Shown: positions 19,753-30,459 of the stretch, in pieces
How positions within the stretch are numbered: position 1 is the stretch's first letter
Layout of the letters: each line of letters opens with the position of its first letter
Assembly: GCA_950073265.1 (NCBI GenBank)
Contig: CATMPJ010000002.1
Span: 2,638-66,637, forward strand
From: an uncultured bacterium
GTDB taxonomy: Bacteria; Patescibacteriota; Minisyncoccia; Phycocordibacterales; UBA918
DNA: 64,000 bases
Direction of reading: 5' to 3'
The notes under the pieces: generated by a model
Seen by the model: the letters and a program-made list of their open reading frames with translations, nothing else
Told to the model about the DNA's origin: nothing
Database searches by the model: none
Translations under genes and position numbers: made by a program

Positions 19753-19786
19753 AAAAACGCCGCGGATGTCGCGGCGCTTTTGTGTG
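19753..19786. terminator. bidirectional intrinsic terminator between convergent genes
   Basis: CGCCGCG-GATGT-CGCGGCG hairpin flanked by A-run upstream and T-rich downstream. Confidence 0.65.
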
Positions 19787-19794
19787 CTATCGGA

Positions 19795-21780
19795 CTATAC
19801 TCCTATTAGCACTGGAATCACCATTGGTGTTTTTTGTGTTTTCTGAAGTAGGAAAGTGGTAAGTGTGTTTGTTACTTCATCTTTCACCTGCTCTAGGTCA
19901 ATCGGGTTCATTCGTTCGGTCTTCTTTTCAATCGTTCGTTTTACCAGCACTCGAGCTTCAGACAAAAGTTGTTGGTTTTCTCGTAAGTAAACAAAGCCGC
20001 GCGAAATAATGTCTGGAGACTTACGCAGCTTACCAGTACGACTGTTTACGGTGGCGATAATGACAAACATGCCATCTTTCGCCATGGTTTCGCGGTCGCG
20101 AAGCACAACGTCTTGCTTGGTCCCAACCGATGCGCCGTCAACAACCATCAGCTCATTTGGAATTTTCATCGGCTGACGAGTAACTTCACTACCGTTTTTT
20201 ATATCTAGAATAGTTCCGTTGTCAGGTACCAGTACATTGTCGCGCGGGAAACCATTATCAATAGCAGCGTACATGTGACTCTTAAGGTGATAGTGGTGTC
20301 CGTGCACAGGGATCAAGAATTTAGGTTTTACTGTCTGAGATACCCACACCAACTCACCAGCATTACCGTGACCGGAAGCGTGCACGTGAGAACCTTGGTA
20401 GTTGATGACGCGAACATTTTTTCGGTAGATATTGTCTTTAAGTTTCTGGACCGCAATTTCATTGCCAGGAATCACCGAAGAAGATAGAACAATCGTATCA
20501 CGCTCATTTAGCGTAATAAATTTATGTTTATCAGTGGCCATTCGCATAAGAGCCGCAAATTGCTCACCTTGGGCACCGGTAGAAAGTACGACAATACGAT
20601 CAGCCGGATATTCACTAATGTCATTCGCTTGGATCACTGTATCAGGCTTTACTTCTACCAAGCCGGCCCGAATAGCAATTTCGACGTTAGTTTTAATACT
20701 ACGCCCTTCAAGCACTACTTTTTTGCCAAGATCTTCACAGGTTTTGATAACACTGATGAGTCGGTCAAATTGTGACGCAAATGTCCCAACAATTAGACGA
20801 CCTTTTGCAGTACGAATAATTTGTTCAAGGGTTTCAAATACTTTTGCTTCAGAAACTGAGAACCCAGCTCGGTCAGAGTTGGTTGAGTCACACAGTAGGG
20901 CAAGGTTGTTGTTTTGACCTACCTTCTCCCATTGACCGCGCTCTTCAACCACGACTTTCCCATCTTCGTGAATAAGCTTAATATCGCCGGTTATGACCAC
21001 GTCGCCGTGTTTTGTCTCAACACAGACTCCCATAGCGTCTGGGATAGAGTGAGTTACTCGGAACGTTTTAATTCTGGTTGTACCAACAGTAAATGATTCT
21101 CCCTCTTTAATGACGTTCATTTGAATTGGTTCAGCGTGCGGAAATTCTTCTTGGCGTTTTAGAATCATTAGCGAGGTTAGGTTTTGGGTGTAAATTGGTG
21201 GATTGCCGATGCGCTCCATAATAAATGGGATACCACCAATATGGTCTAAGTGTCCGTGTGTCACAACCAGGGCGCGGATTTTGTGTTTGCGCTCTTCGAG
21301 GTATTGCGTGTTGGGGAGAATGTAGTCAACGCCTGGCGTACCAGTATCTTCTGAAACGAACGCAAAACCAGCATCAATCACAATAATGTCATCTTTCGTC
21401 TCGATAATATTCATGTTGCGACCAATCTCTTCTACACCAGAAACAGTGATGATACGTACAGTGTCTTCATCAGTAATTTCAGGAATTGCTGGACCTTTTG
21501 TCTCAGTGTTGAGGCGATGTTCTAAAGCTGGCGCTTTATCGTTTCTGCGTCGACGTGGTGGCCCAGAACGGCGCTTGCCGCGATTGTTTCCAGCCCCTTG
21601 TCGATTATTATTGCCACCTTTTGCACTTCCTTTTCTTGAGCCGCGACCAGCGTTTTGTCCACCAGGGCGATCGCCATTCTGTGGTCGCTTAGGTGAACTT
21701 GAGTAATTGCGACCTACACGTGTACGCTGTGGTCGGCGGGGGCGACGGTTGTCACCAGATGTTTTTTCGTTTGATGTCAT
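19795..21780 (-). CDS. rnj: ribonuclease J with ~100-aa N-terminal Arg/Gly-rich extension
   Basis: metallo-beta-lactamase HGHLDHIGG, beta-CASP and C-terminal domains; N-terminus RRPRRPQRTRVGR...RGKRRSGPPRRRRNDK. Confidence 0.85.
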   Translation of the reverse strand: MTSNEKTSGDNRRPRRPQRTRVGRNYSSSPKRPQNGDRPGGQNAGRGSRKGSAKGGNNNRQGAGNNRGKRRSGPPRRRRNDKAPALEHRLNTETKGPAIPEITDEDTVRIITVSGVEEIGRNMNIIETKDDIIVIDAGFAFVSEDTGTPGVDYILPNTQYLEERKHKIRALVVTHGHLDHIGGIPFIMERIGNPPIYTQNLTSLMILKRQEEFPHAEPIQMNVIKEGESFTVGTTRIKTFRVTHSIPDAMGVCVETKHGDVVITGDIKLIHEDGKVVVEERGQWEKVGQNNNLALLCDSTNSDRAGFSVSEAKVFETLEQIIRTAKGRLIVGTFASQFDRLISVIKTCEDLGKKVVLEGRSIKTNVEIAIRAGLVEVKPDTVIQANDISEYPADRIVVLSTGAQGEQFAALMRMATDKHKFITLNERDTIVLSSSVIPGNEIAVQKLKDNIYRKNVRVINYQGSHVHASGHGNAGELVWVSQTVKPKFLIPVHGHHYHLKSHMYAAIDNGFPRDNVLVPDNGTILDIKNGSEVTRQPMKIPNELMVVDGASVGTKQDVVLRDRETMAKDGMFVIIATVNSRTGKLRKSPDIISRGFVYLRENQQLLSEARVLVKRTIEKKTERMNPIDLEQVKDEVTNTLTTFLLQKTQKTPMVIPVLIGV

Positions 21781-21812
21781 ATATAAATGTCTAATTTTTT
21801 CTTCTATCTAAT

Positions 21813-23546
21813 TTATTGTCTGAAAACGTTCCATAATTCGTCGCTATCGGTATACCATTCACTCATGTTGCTAAATCGGTCGGACGGCTTGGCTAAACCA
21901 ATCATGCTTGGAATAACAAAATCTTTATCCACGACGTACGTTGTGTAGGGCTGAAAAAGGAAAATCGCAGGATGTTCGTTAGCAATTGTCGTCGCTGCTT
22001 CTATTCGATACTCAGTGCGCGCATCACTTGATGTCGCTACGCGTGATTCCTCTAGCAGATCATCAACGGTAAGGTTGGTGTATTGGGCGATGTTAAGACC
22101 AGGGTCATCTTTTTGCGAGGAGTGCCAGAAAGGGTACAAATCGTATGAACGATTCATATCAAGGCCAAACAAGAGCGCTTCAAAGTCTCGTGGCCGGATA
22201 ACGCCTTGCAGTAGATCAGACTGTTCAAATTGGTCTATAGTGACCTCAACGCCAATTTCTTCAAAGTAGCGCTTTAACAGGGTGCTGATACTTACAAACA
22301 ACGGGGCGTTACTGGTTTTGAGTGTGATACGAAGCGTTTCGGTGTTTCCGTCAATTTCTTTTTCTAGACGACCTTGATTGTTCTCTAGCCAGCCAGCATC
22401 TTGTAAGATTTGCTTTGCTTGAGCAACACGATCGTCGGTTGATTCGTTTGAATCTTCACTTGATTCTAGCGCACTTAGAGTGCCCGCAATAGGTCCATTG
22501 ATGGGGACACCTTGCGTAAAGAGAGTCTCTTGAATAATTTCTTCACGATCAACAACTAAAGACAGCGCCTCGCGTACAGCATCATCGCGGAGTACGACAG
22601 ATTTGTTCTGATTAAAGAAGACAGCGAACACTCGTGGCAGAGGCTCTCTAATAACGGTTATATTGTCATGTTCTAAGGTGAGCCCCAACGATTCATTGCT
22701 TATGTAAGCGCTAGCATCTAGAGTGCCATCAGCAAGGCCCTGTATAATTGCGGCCTCAGTTTCAAAAAAAACAACCTCTAGAGTCTCGATGTCAGAAGGA
22801 TTAGGGATATCTTGATGGGCTTCAAGTATGTAGCTTTGAATAACTCCTGACTGATCGCGTCTCGCTTCAACTAGTTTAAAGGCGCCGGCGCCAATTGGTT
22901 CGGTGTTTAGCTGGCTAAAAGGAACTTGTTCAATTGGTAACGATGACCATAGATGGGCGGGAAGTATACCGACCGTGAAGTTTTCAATAAACGGCGCGTA
23001 GGCTTCTTCAAGCACAATATTAAACTCACTATCACTAATTTCTTCAAAGGTTACGCCAGTCCAATTGCCGCGCAAAGGACTTTTTAAATCAGGGTTTTGA
23101 ATAAGCCGCAACGTGAACAAAACGTCCCTCACGGTTACCGGCGTTTCGTCATGGAAGTAAATGTCTTTTCGTAACACTACGTTGTAGGTTAGTCCGTCTT
23201 CTGAAACAGTTACTGACTCAGCTAGGTTTGGCACCAATTCTCCATTTGGATTAATTTTCATTAAACCGCTAAACAGCAACGCAGTCATATCATGATCAGC
23301 TCGAGTGCTAGCCAAAACTGGATTTACGAAGCGCGGAGCACCGATAATTCCTTCATGTAACGTGCCGCCACGTACCGGTGTTTCGGTAGAGTACTCATGG
23401 TTAATGTTGTACAGCAAAACGGCACCACTAAAAAGTATTATAAAGAAAAGGGTACGTAGAATAATACGGTCACTGGTGGGAGCTAATTCGATATGTCGCA
23501 ATAGGGAATCAAATAGGCGCGAAAAAACGCTGCGTAAGAATTTCAT
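21813..23546 (-). CDS. ABC-transporter substrate-binding protein, family 5 (OppA/DppA-like), no adjacent permease genes
   Basis: 577 aa, N-terminal TM/signal, SBP_bac_5-like core. Confidence 0.75.
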   Translation of the reverse strand: MKFLRSVFSRLFDSLLRHIELAPTSDRIILRTLFFIILFSGAVLLYNINHEYSTETPVRGGTLHEGIIGAPRFVNPVLASTRADHDMTALLFSGLMKINPNGELVPNLAESVTVSEDGLTYNVVLRKDIYFHDETPVTVRDVLFTLRLIQNPDLKSPLRGNWTGVTFEEISDSEFNIVLEEAYAPFIENFTVGILPAHLWSSLPIEQVPFSQLNTEPIGAGAFKLVEARRDQSGVIQSYILEAHQDIPNPSDIETLEVVFFETEAAIIQGLADGTLDASAYISNESLGLTLEHDNITVIREPLPRVFAVFFNQNKSVVLRDDAVREALSLVVDREEIIQETLFTQGVPINGPIAGTLSALESSEDSNESTDDRVAQAKQILQDAGWLENNQGRLEKEIDGNTETLRITLKTSNAPLFVSISTLLKRYFEEIGVEVTIDQFEQSDLLQGVIRPRDFEALLFGLDMNRSYDLYPFWHSSQKDDPGLNIAQYTNLTVDDLLEESRVATSSDARTEYRIEAATTIANEHPAIFLFQPYTTYVVDKDFVIPSMIGLAKPSDRFSNMSEWYTDSDELWNVFRQ

Positions 23547-23578
23547 ATACTTGTGTAGTCTAGCTATCTAGACGGTGC

Positions 23579-23818
23579 TTATCCAGCAATCGCTAAGAGC
23601 GCAGAAATAACAAACAGTACCGCGATACCAATCGTGAACTTAAATAGGAAAAGTTCGGCGCCACGGCGCTTGTGAAATGCTGAGCTGAAATTGTCGCCAC
23701 CAAATGCACCGCCAAGGCTAGAGCCGCGCTGCTGGAGTAGGATTGCTGCAACAAGCAGAATAGCTAGGATTATCTGGATGTACGGCAGTGCTGGAAGCAC
23801 TGAATCGATAATATTCAT
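23579..23818 (-). CDS. secG: preprotein translocase subunit SecG
   Basis: 79 aa, two TM helices flanking Gly-rich LLQQRGSSLGGAFGG loop. Confidence 0.75.
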   Translation of the reverse strand: MNIIDSVLPALPYIQIILAILLVAAILLQQRGSSLGGAFGGDNFSSAFHKRRGAELFLFKFTIGIAVLFVISALLAIAG

Positions 23819-23984
23819 GTCCGCAGAGGATACCAGAGGAAGACAGATAAGGCAATAGGAATGTTCATTACTTTGCCTGCGGTTTCAGAAGATTCTTCAC
23901 ACGCTAGCGCGGACGCTCAGAATCCCCTGAAACGGCAGTGCGTCATGTCGAAGGCCGTTAGAATTTCTCTGGCGCAGACTTGAG

Positions 23985-24044
23985 TAAAAGAAAACACCCG
24001 CTACCATTGCTGGGGCGGGTATTCTCTCCGCTCTGGTAGGGGTG
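23985..24044 (-). terminator. intrinsic terminator after the 79-aa membrane-protein gene (minus strand)
   Basis: minus-strand hairpin CACCCCTACCA...TGGTAGCGGGTG (about 11 bp, one bulge) with inner GCGG/CCGC stem, followed by UUUUCUUUU. Confidence 0.55.
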
Positions 24045-24051
24045 TATAGGT

Positions 24052-24291
24052 TCATGGATGCTTTGAAACTACGGTCATCCAAACGCGCGCAAGGAAGATC
24101 AGTATTCCGAGCATAATGTACAGAACCCAAAGCAGGCCGATGAGCGAAATTGCCGCGAACACGCGAGCCGCGCTTTCTGACAAATAGCCAGCCAACGCTG
24201 CCTCCATCGCGCCGAAGAGCATCGCAAGCGAGAGAGTCGTCACAACCAGTATGGACCATACCGCTCTACGTCCTTGTTTATATGAAGACAT
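24052..24291 (-). CDS. small two-TM membrane protein
   Basis: 79 aa; strong SD AAGGAG 9 nt upstream of ATG; Ala-rich hydrophobic helices. Confidence 0.5.
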   Translation of the reverse strand: MSSYKQGRRAVWSILVVTTLSLAMLFGAMEAALAGYLSESAARVFAAISLIGLLWVLYIMLGILIFLARVWMTVVSKHP

Positions 24292-24407
24292 TGGTTAGTA
24301 CTCCTTAGTTGATTTAGATCAAGAACTTATATATTTGGTTTGCAATATATCATATAATTTAATATATGTAAAGGTGGTGCACCATGTGGGACGATGTTAG
24401 AACTTTT

Positions 24408-24470
24408 ATAAAAGAGAAAACACCCACCGAAGCGGATGAATCTCCCGCTTTCGCGTAGGTGTCATATGTT
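24408..24470 (-). terminator. intrinsic terminator after 103-aa ORF (minus strand)
   Basis: long imperfect hairpin (CACCUACGCGAAAGCGG / CCGCUUCGGUGGGUG) overlapping the stop codon, followed by UUUUCUCUUUU. Confidence 0.5.
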
Positions 24471-24773
24471 GAAATCGATAGTTTCGGGATATGTGTATTC
24501 AGTAAGTCCTTGATCACTTTCAACGAAAAGTTCTTGCAGCTGTTCAGGGGTCGGTGCGATATGATTGAAGACATCCTTGTCGATGCATTCGAGATCGACG
24601 ACAGTGCCGCGTTTATTGCAAACGTGATAACTTTCGATTTCCACGTTCTCTATCACGACCTCTCCCAAGTAGAGAGTAAGTTTTGATCCTTCAGGTAGCA
24701 TCGGGAAATTGACAGCAGGAATACCGAAGCATTCACCGCCAGCAAAGACGACGAGGGTGCATTTCTTCAGCAT
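24462..24773 (-). CDS. hypothetical 103-aa protein with four Cys, divergent from groES
   Basis: ORF with AGGAAAAG upstream; own terminator. Confidence 0.4.
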   Translation of the reverse strand: MLKKCTLVVFAGGECFGIPAVNFPMLPEGSKLTLYLGEVVIENVEIESYHVCNKRGTVVDLECIDKDVFNHIAPTPEQLQELFVESDQGLTEYTYPETIDFNI

Positions 24774-24899
24774 TTCTTTTCCTTTCTACAAAAGTCTGTA
24801 TATACTATACTTTGCAAATTACAAAAGTCAAGTATTAGTGCGGGTTCAGAGACTTGAACAAAAGCTTGTAATTTTGCATGAACTAGCAATTTTTTATAA

Positions 24900-24925
24900 A
24901 ATACCTCACGCAGCGCGGAGGTATT
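24900..24925 (+). promoter_or_regulatory. perfect 8-bp inverted repeat AATACCTC-N10-GAGGTATT about 60 nt upstream of groES; candidate operator (not CIRCE)
   Basis: read directly; followed by TTGGCT-N17-TTATAA promoter-like hexamers. Confidence 0.35.
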
Positions 24926-24983
24926 AGTTGGCTGCAATTTGAAGATTTGATTATAAAGCTATAAACGTTCTTAAATTATTGAT

Positions 24984-26950
<1,967 letters not shown>

Positions 26951-26969
26951 ATCTTTGCCATATACTACG

Positions 26970-26998
26970 AAAAAATACGGCTTTGCGCCGTATTTTTT
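26970..26998 (+). terminator. intrinsic terminator after groEL
   Basis: AAAAAATACGGC-TTTGC-GCCGTATTTTTT. Confidence 0.7.
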
Positions 26999-27000
26999 CG

Positions 27001-27009
27001 TGGTATAAT
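27001..27009 (+). promoter_or_regulatory. extended -10 element TGGTATAAT upstream of lemA
   Basis: read directly. Confidence 0.35.
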
Positions 27010-27041
27010 TAGCAAACTTAGGGAAATTAATTATAGAAATT

Positions 27042-27617
27042 ATGTATTGGATTATTGGCATTATTGCAGTTGTTGTACTTCTGTTCATTTACTTCTACAA
27101 CAACTTTGTAAAACTTACACAACGAGCAAAAGAGGCGTGGGCGGATATTGATGTACAGCTAAAGCGTCGATACGACCTCATTCCGAATCTGATTGAAACA
27201 GTGAAGGGATACGCTGCTCACGAACGAGAAACGCTGGAAAGCGTAACCGAAGCGCGCACAACCGCTACCCAAACACACGTTGACCCGTCAAACGTAACCC
27301 CAGAGCAAATTTCAGCTATGGCCGGTGCTGAATCTGCTCTAACTGGTGCGCTTGGTAGACTGATTGCTATCGCTGAGAACTATCCGGATCTGAAAGCAAA
27401 CGAAAACTTCGTTGAGCTGCAGCGAGAACTTTCAGATACTGAAAACAAAATTCAAGCTGCTCGCCGGTTCTATAACAGCACGGTGCAAGCGCTAAACGTA
27501 GCACTGCAATCATTCCCATCAAATTTGGTGGGGAAGATGTTTAACTTTAAGTCAGAGCCGTACTTTGAGTTAGAAGCAAACAGTGTTGAGCGTGAGCCAG
27601 TTAAGGTCAGTTTCTAA
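27042..27617 (+). CDS. lemA: LemA family protein
   Basis: N-terminal TM, then conserved LemA core (QLKRRYDLIPNLIETVKGYA). Confidence 0.8.
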   Translation: MYWIIGIIAVVVLLFIYFYNNFVKLTQRAKEAWADIDVQLKRRYDLIPNLIETVKGYAAHERETLESVTEARTTATQTHVDPSNVTPEQISAMAGAESALTGALGRLIAIAENYPDLKANENFVELQRELSDTENKIQAARRFYNSTVQALNVALQSFPSNLVGKMFNFKSEPYFELEANSVEREPVKVSF

Positions 27618-27623
27618 TTAATC

Positions 27624-28007
27624 ATGTCTACTGGCGGTAAAGTTTTCTACAACAAACTCGTCCAAGATGGCATTAAAGACAAGATAGAAGGTAAAGGCGA
27701 GCAGTGCTCGGTTCGAGTGCTTGAGAATGACGAAGAGTTCCAACAAGAGCTTTTAAAAAAGGTCATGGAAGAATCACAGGCGCTTTCCACTGCCCGTACG
27801 CGGCAGGAGTTTCTCAGCGAGTATGCCGATTTGATGGTGGTGCTTGATGCGCTTACAAATCTCCTCGAGATTTCAGAAGCAGAGCTGCAAGTGGCAATGA
27901 GTGAAAATATTGAAAAGAAAGGATTATTTAAAAATCGACATTTTCTCAATTGGTCTGACGATACGGATTATAGAAGTAACGAAACACCGCAAGGTATAAA
28001 GAATTAA
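27624..28007 (+). CDS. all-alpha NTP pyrophosphohydrolase (MazG-like), tentative
   Basis: KLVQDGI...EE..E...EYADLMVVLDAL...KKGLFKNRHFL pattern. Confidence 0.45.
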   Translation: MSTGGKVFYNKLVQDGIKDKIEGKGEQCSVRVLENDEEFQQELLKKVMEESQALSTARTRQEFLSEYADLMVVLDALTNLLEISEAELQVAMSENIEKKGLFKNRHFLNWSDDTDYRSNETPQGIKN

Positions 28008-28011
28008 ATAC

Positions 28012-28911
28012 ATGGCAAACATATACACGCAACAGAGTAATAACGTACGCAAAACATGGTTTTTGATGGCGATTTTTCTGGCGATTGTTATTGCAATTGG
28101 CTATGGAGTTGCTTGGTATATTGGTAATCCAGTTATTTTGTATGGAGCGGTTATCTTTGCGCTCATCATGAATGTGGGAAGTTATTGGTACTCTGATAAA
28201 CTCGTTATTAAAATGACTGGCGCCAAGCCAGCAACCAAAGCCTCTCACCCTGAGTTATGGAATGTGGTAGAAAATCTTTCAATCACGGCCGGGCTACCAA
28301 TGCCGAAGCTATATATCGTAAATGACCAAGCACCAAACGCGTTTGCGACTGGTCGCAACCCAGAGCATGCAGCTGTGGCAGCAACGACCGGTCTATTGCA
28401 GATTTTAGATCGCACAGAACTCGAAGGAGTAATGGCTCACGAGTTATCGCACGTGGGCAATCGCGATATGCTGGTATCGACAGTGGCAGTTGTATTGGCT
28501 GGCTTCATTGCTATTATTTCTGATCTGTTTTTGCGCTCAATGATGTTTGGTGGAGGTGATAGGGACAATCGAGCAGGACTGTTATTTTTGGTATTGGGTA
28601 TCGTTGGTATTATCCTAGCCCCGATTGCAGCACAGCTCATTCAGATGGCAATTTCTCGTAAACGCGAATACTTAGCCGATGCGTCTGGAGTGCTGTTGAC
28701 GCGCTATCCGGAAGGGCTGGCTTCGGCATTAGAAAAAATAAGTAACCATGCCCGACCAATGCATCGTGCCAACACGGCGACTGCGCATTTGTTTATCTCT
28801 GACCCGTTTGGTGGAGATAAGCGATCAATCGGACAAAAAATATCTAGTTTATTTCAAACGCACCCACCAGCAGCAGATCGCATACGTATCTTGCGCGAAA
28901 TGGGGAAGTAG
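28012..28911 (+). CDS. htpX: zinc metalloprotease HtpX (M48)
   Basis: TM helices, HELSHVGNRD (HExxH), downstream Glu. Confidence 0.85.
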   Translation: MANIYTQQSNNVRKTWFLMAIFLAIVIAIGYGVAWYIGNPVILYGAVIFALIMNVGSYWYSDKLVIKMTGAKPATKASHPELWNVVENLSITAGLPMPKLYIVNDQAPNAFATGRNPEHAAVAATTGLLQILDRTELEGVMAHELSHVGNRDMLVSTVAVVLAGFIAIISDLFLRSMMFGGGDRDNRAGLLFLVLGIVGIILAPIAAQLIQMAISRKREYLADASGVLLTRYPEGLASALEKISNHARPMHRANTATAHLFISDPFGGDKRSIGQKISSLFQTHPPAADRIRILREMGK

Positions 28912-28972
28912 ATTTTGAAACCCCTTATAATATCGGTATAGTTATAGTCGGCTGCTCTGCAGCCGGCCTTAT

Positions 28973-29062
28973 GGAGAGTTGGCAGAGTGGTCGAATGCGC
29001 ATCCTTGGAAAGGATGTATATGGGCAACCGTATCGAGGGTTCGAATCCCTCACTCTCCGCCA
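28973..29062 (+). tRNA. tRNA-Ser (anticodon GGA), type II with long variable arm, CCA encoded
   Basis: acceptor GGAGAGU/ACUCUCC perfect, anticodon stem CAUCC/GGAUG with loop UUGGAAA, 18-nt variable arm, T-arm GAGGG-UUCGAAU-CCCUC, G73, CCA. Confidence 0.85.
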
Positions 29063-29070
29063 TAAGCTTT

Positions 29071-29778
29071 ATGAAAAAACCAGTAATTGGCATTGTTTTA
29101 GATAAAGAGCCTAAGGGTGATTATTCAATTTATCCCTACTATGTCTTGCGCCAAGATTATTTTACAGCGGTAAACAGAGCAGGTGGCGTACCAATTGGGG
29201 TGCCGGTATCAGGCGATAACATCGAAGACTATGTGTCCATGCTTGATGGTCTCTTGCTGCCTGGTGGAGACTACGATATCCCACCAAGTTTTTATGGTTC
29301 TAAAGAGATTCATGAATCTGTGGTCATGAAGCCAGAACGATTAGCGTTTGACATGAATTTGGCTCAGCAATTTATGGATGCAGACAAGCCATTGCTGGGT
29401 ATTTGTTTAGGCGAGCAGCTCCTAGCGGTCATGCGCGGCGGTGCACTACATCAAGATATTGGTGCAGAATTACCTGAAGCTGAAGACCATTACATTGAAG
29501 ACCGGCTTAGGCCTGTCCATGAATTGACCATGACGCCAGGCACTAAACTGTACAATATCCTTGGCCCTAAGTTATTAGTCAATAGTCATCATCATCAGTC
29601 GGTGAAAGCAGGTAGAGGAGATTTTGTGATTGCAGCCATAACGAAAGACGGAGTGATTGAAGCAATTGAAATGCCGGACAAAAAATTTTGTCTAGGTGTT
29701 CAGTGGCACCCTGAGCATTTAGTTCTACCAGAGGAACATGCATTATTTAGAGCGTTTATCGCTGCCTGCCAGGATTAA
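29071..29778 (+). CDS. class I glutamine amidotransferase-like hydrolase (peptidase C26 / gamma-glutamyl hydrolase family)
   Basis: start taken at MKKPVIGIV downstream of the tRNA; GICLGEQ nucleophile elbow; His (WHPEH) near C-terminus. Confidence 0.7.
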   Translation: MKKPVIGIVLDKEPKGDYSIYPYYVLRQDYFTAVNRAGGVPIGVPVSGDNIEDYVSMLDGLLLPGGDYDIPPSFYGSKEIHESVVMKPERLAFDMNLAQQFMDADKPLLGICLGEQLLAVMRGGALHQDIGAELPEAEDHYIEDRLRPVHELTMTPGTKLYNILGPKLLVNSHHHQSVKAGRGDFVIAAITKDGVIEAIEMPDKKFCLGVQWHPEHLVLPEEHALFRAFIAACQD

Positions 29779-29780
29779 AA

Positions 29781-29809
29781 ATGGCCGGTATGCGAAGCAT
29801 ACCGGCCAT
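29781..29809. terminator. 13-bp perfect hairpin between convergent genes (bidirectional terminator candidate)
   Basis: ATGGCCGGTATGC-GAA-GCATACCGGCCAT; A-run before, short T-stretch after. Confidence 0.5.
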
Positions 29810-30420
29810 CAGTTTACATATCTTGCCAGATATTCCGGCAGGATTGCTCGGTCCATTTGAAAGTGCTGGTAATCCTTCAAGGTCGTCCAGGTTCCGCCCC
29901 AGACGAAGCCGTGATCTTCCATCACCTTCACCAATGGATGCTCAAGGGTCAATGTACCGGGGAAGCTTTTATCATAGACTCCTAGTGTTGGCTGGCGTTT
30001 AACCTCCTGTCCTGTTTCGTCAAAAATGAGACAAGGGTTTTGCATCGGATTAGTATCCTTAGCGCAACCAATAGCATGCAGTGACCAGCGACCAGTACCG
30101 TCGTCAATGCGACGCATGTTGTGGCCACAGGAATTATTGCAAGCCAGCGACTTCTCATCACTCCAGCCATACCGATTGATCGGGTAGGCAGAGTGAATGG
30201 GAAATTTTAGCTTATACGCTAACCTAAAGTAGGCTCGTGTCGCTGGCATGGCTATTTTGTGCATGACTATCGAGCCCTTCTTTTCGTGACCAGCAAAGCT
30301 CCAATGGACAAATCGAAGTAGGCGTAAACCTACCAGAATGTCCTCCGGAGTACGTAAGTCTTCTTGAAGAGCATTTTGCACAATGGCAGCGGGAGCTGCC
30401 ATCTCGCTTTCAGCATACAT
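29809..30420 (-). CDS. LAS-type zinc metallopeptidase, M15 family (VanY / L-Ala-D-Glu endolysin-like), no signal peptide
   Basis: SLHAIGCAKD (SxHxxGxAxD) and FVWGGTWTTLKDYQHFQM (WGG...D..HF) motifs; start taken at MYAESEM. Confidence 0.6.
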   Translation of the reverse strand: MYAESEMAAPAAIVQNALQEDLRTPEDILVGLRLLRFVHWSFAGHEKKGSIVMHKIAMPATRAYFRLAYKLKFPIHSAYPINRYGWSDEKSLACNNSCGHNMRRIDDGTGRWSLHAIGCAKDTNPMQNPCLIFDETGQEVKRQPTLGVYDKSFPGTLTLEHPLVKVMEDHGFVWGGTWTTLKDYQHFQMDRAILPEYLARYVN

Positions 30421-30459
30421 AGCAGTTCTCCTTTCTGTCTTGATGCTATAATTTATCAC

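Noticed and set aside
20275-21706. ORFs antisense to RNase J (for example 20432-20917, 161 aa; 21386-21706, 106 aa)
   Set aside because: Embedded in rnj on the opposite strand; Arg/Pro-rich compositions mirror the GC-rich sense tail.
23819-24051. tmRNA, SRP RNA or RNase P RNA in the GC-rich spacer
   Set aside because: Hallmark motifs (tRNA-like GGUUCGAAUCC...CCA 3' end; SRP GGAA/AGCAG helix-8 motif; RNase P GGAAAGUCCGG / ACAGAANCCGGCUUA) were searched by eye on both strands and not found.
23897-24259. 120-aa Arg-rich ORF on minus strand
   Set aside because: Overlaps the better-supported 79-aa membrane-protein ORF (which has an AAGGAG SD) and the terminator; composition typical of an out-of-frame read of GC-rich DNA.
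24384-24458. 24-aa plus-strand ORF preceded by a strong AAAGGTGG Shine-Dalgarno
   Set aside because: Lies entirely within the minus-strand terminator hairpin; the GGTGG is part of that stem; no promoter evident; likely coincidental.
24811-24880. Possible CIRCE (HrcA operator) upstream of groES
   Set aside because: TTAGTGCgggttcagagaCTTGAAC does not match TTAGCACTC-N9-GAGTGCTAA; reported instead as a distinct inverted repeat.
28949-28965. Hairpin CGGCTGC-TCT-GCAGCCG just upstream of tRNA-Ser as htpX terminator
   Set aside because: No U-run follows; may be a processing or structural element, but insufficient evidence to call a terminator.
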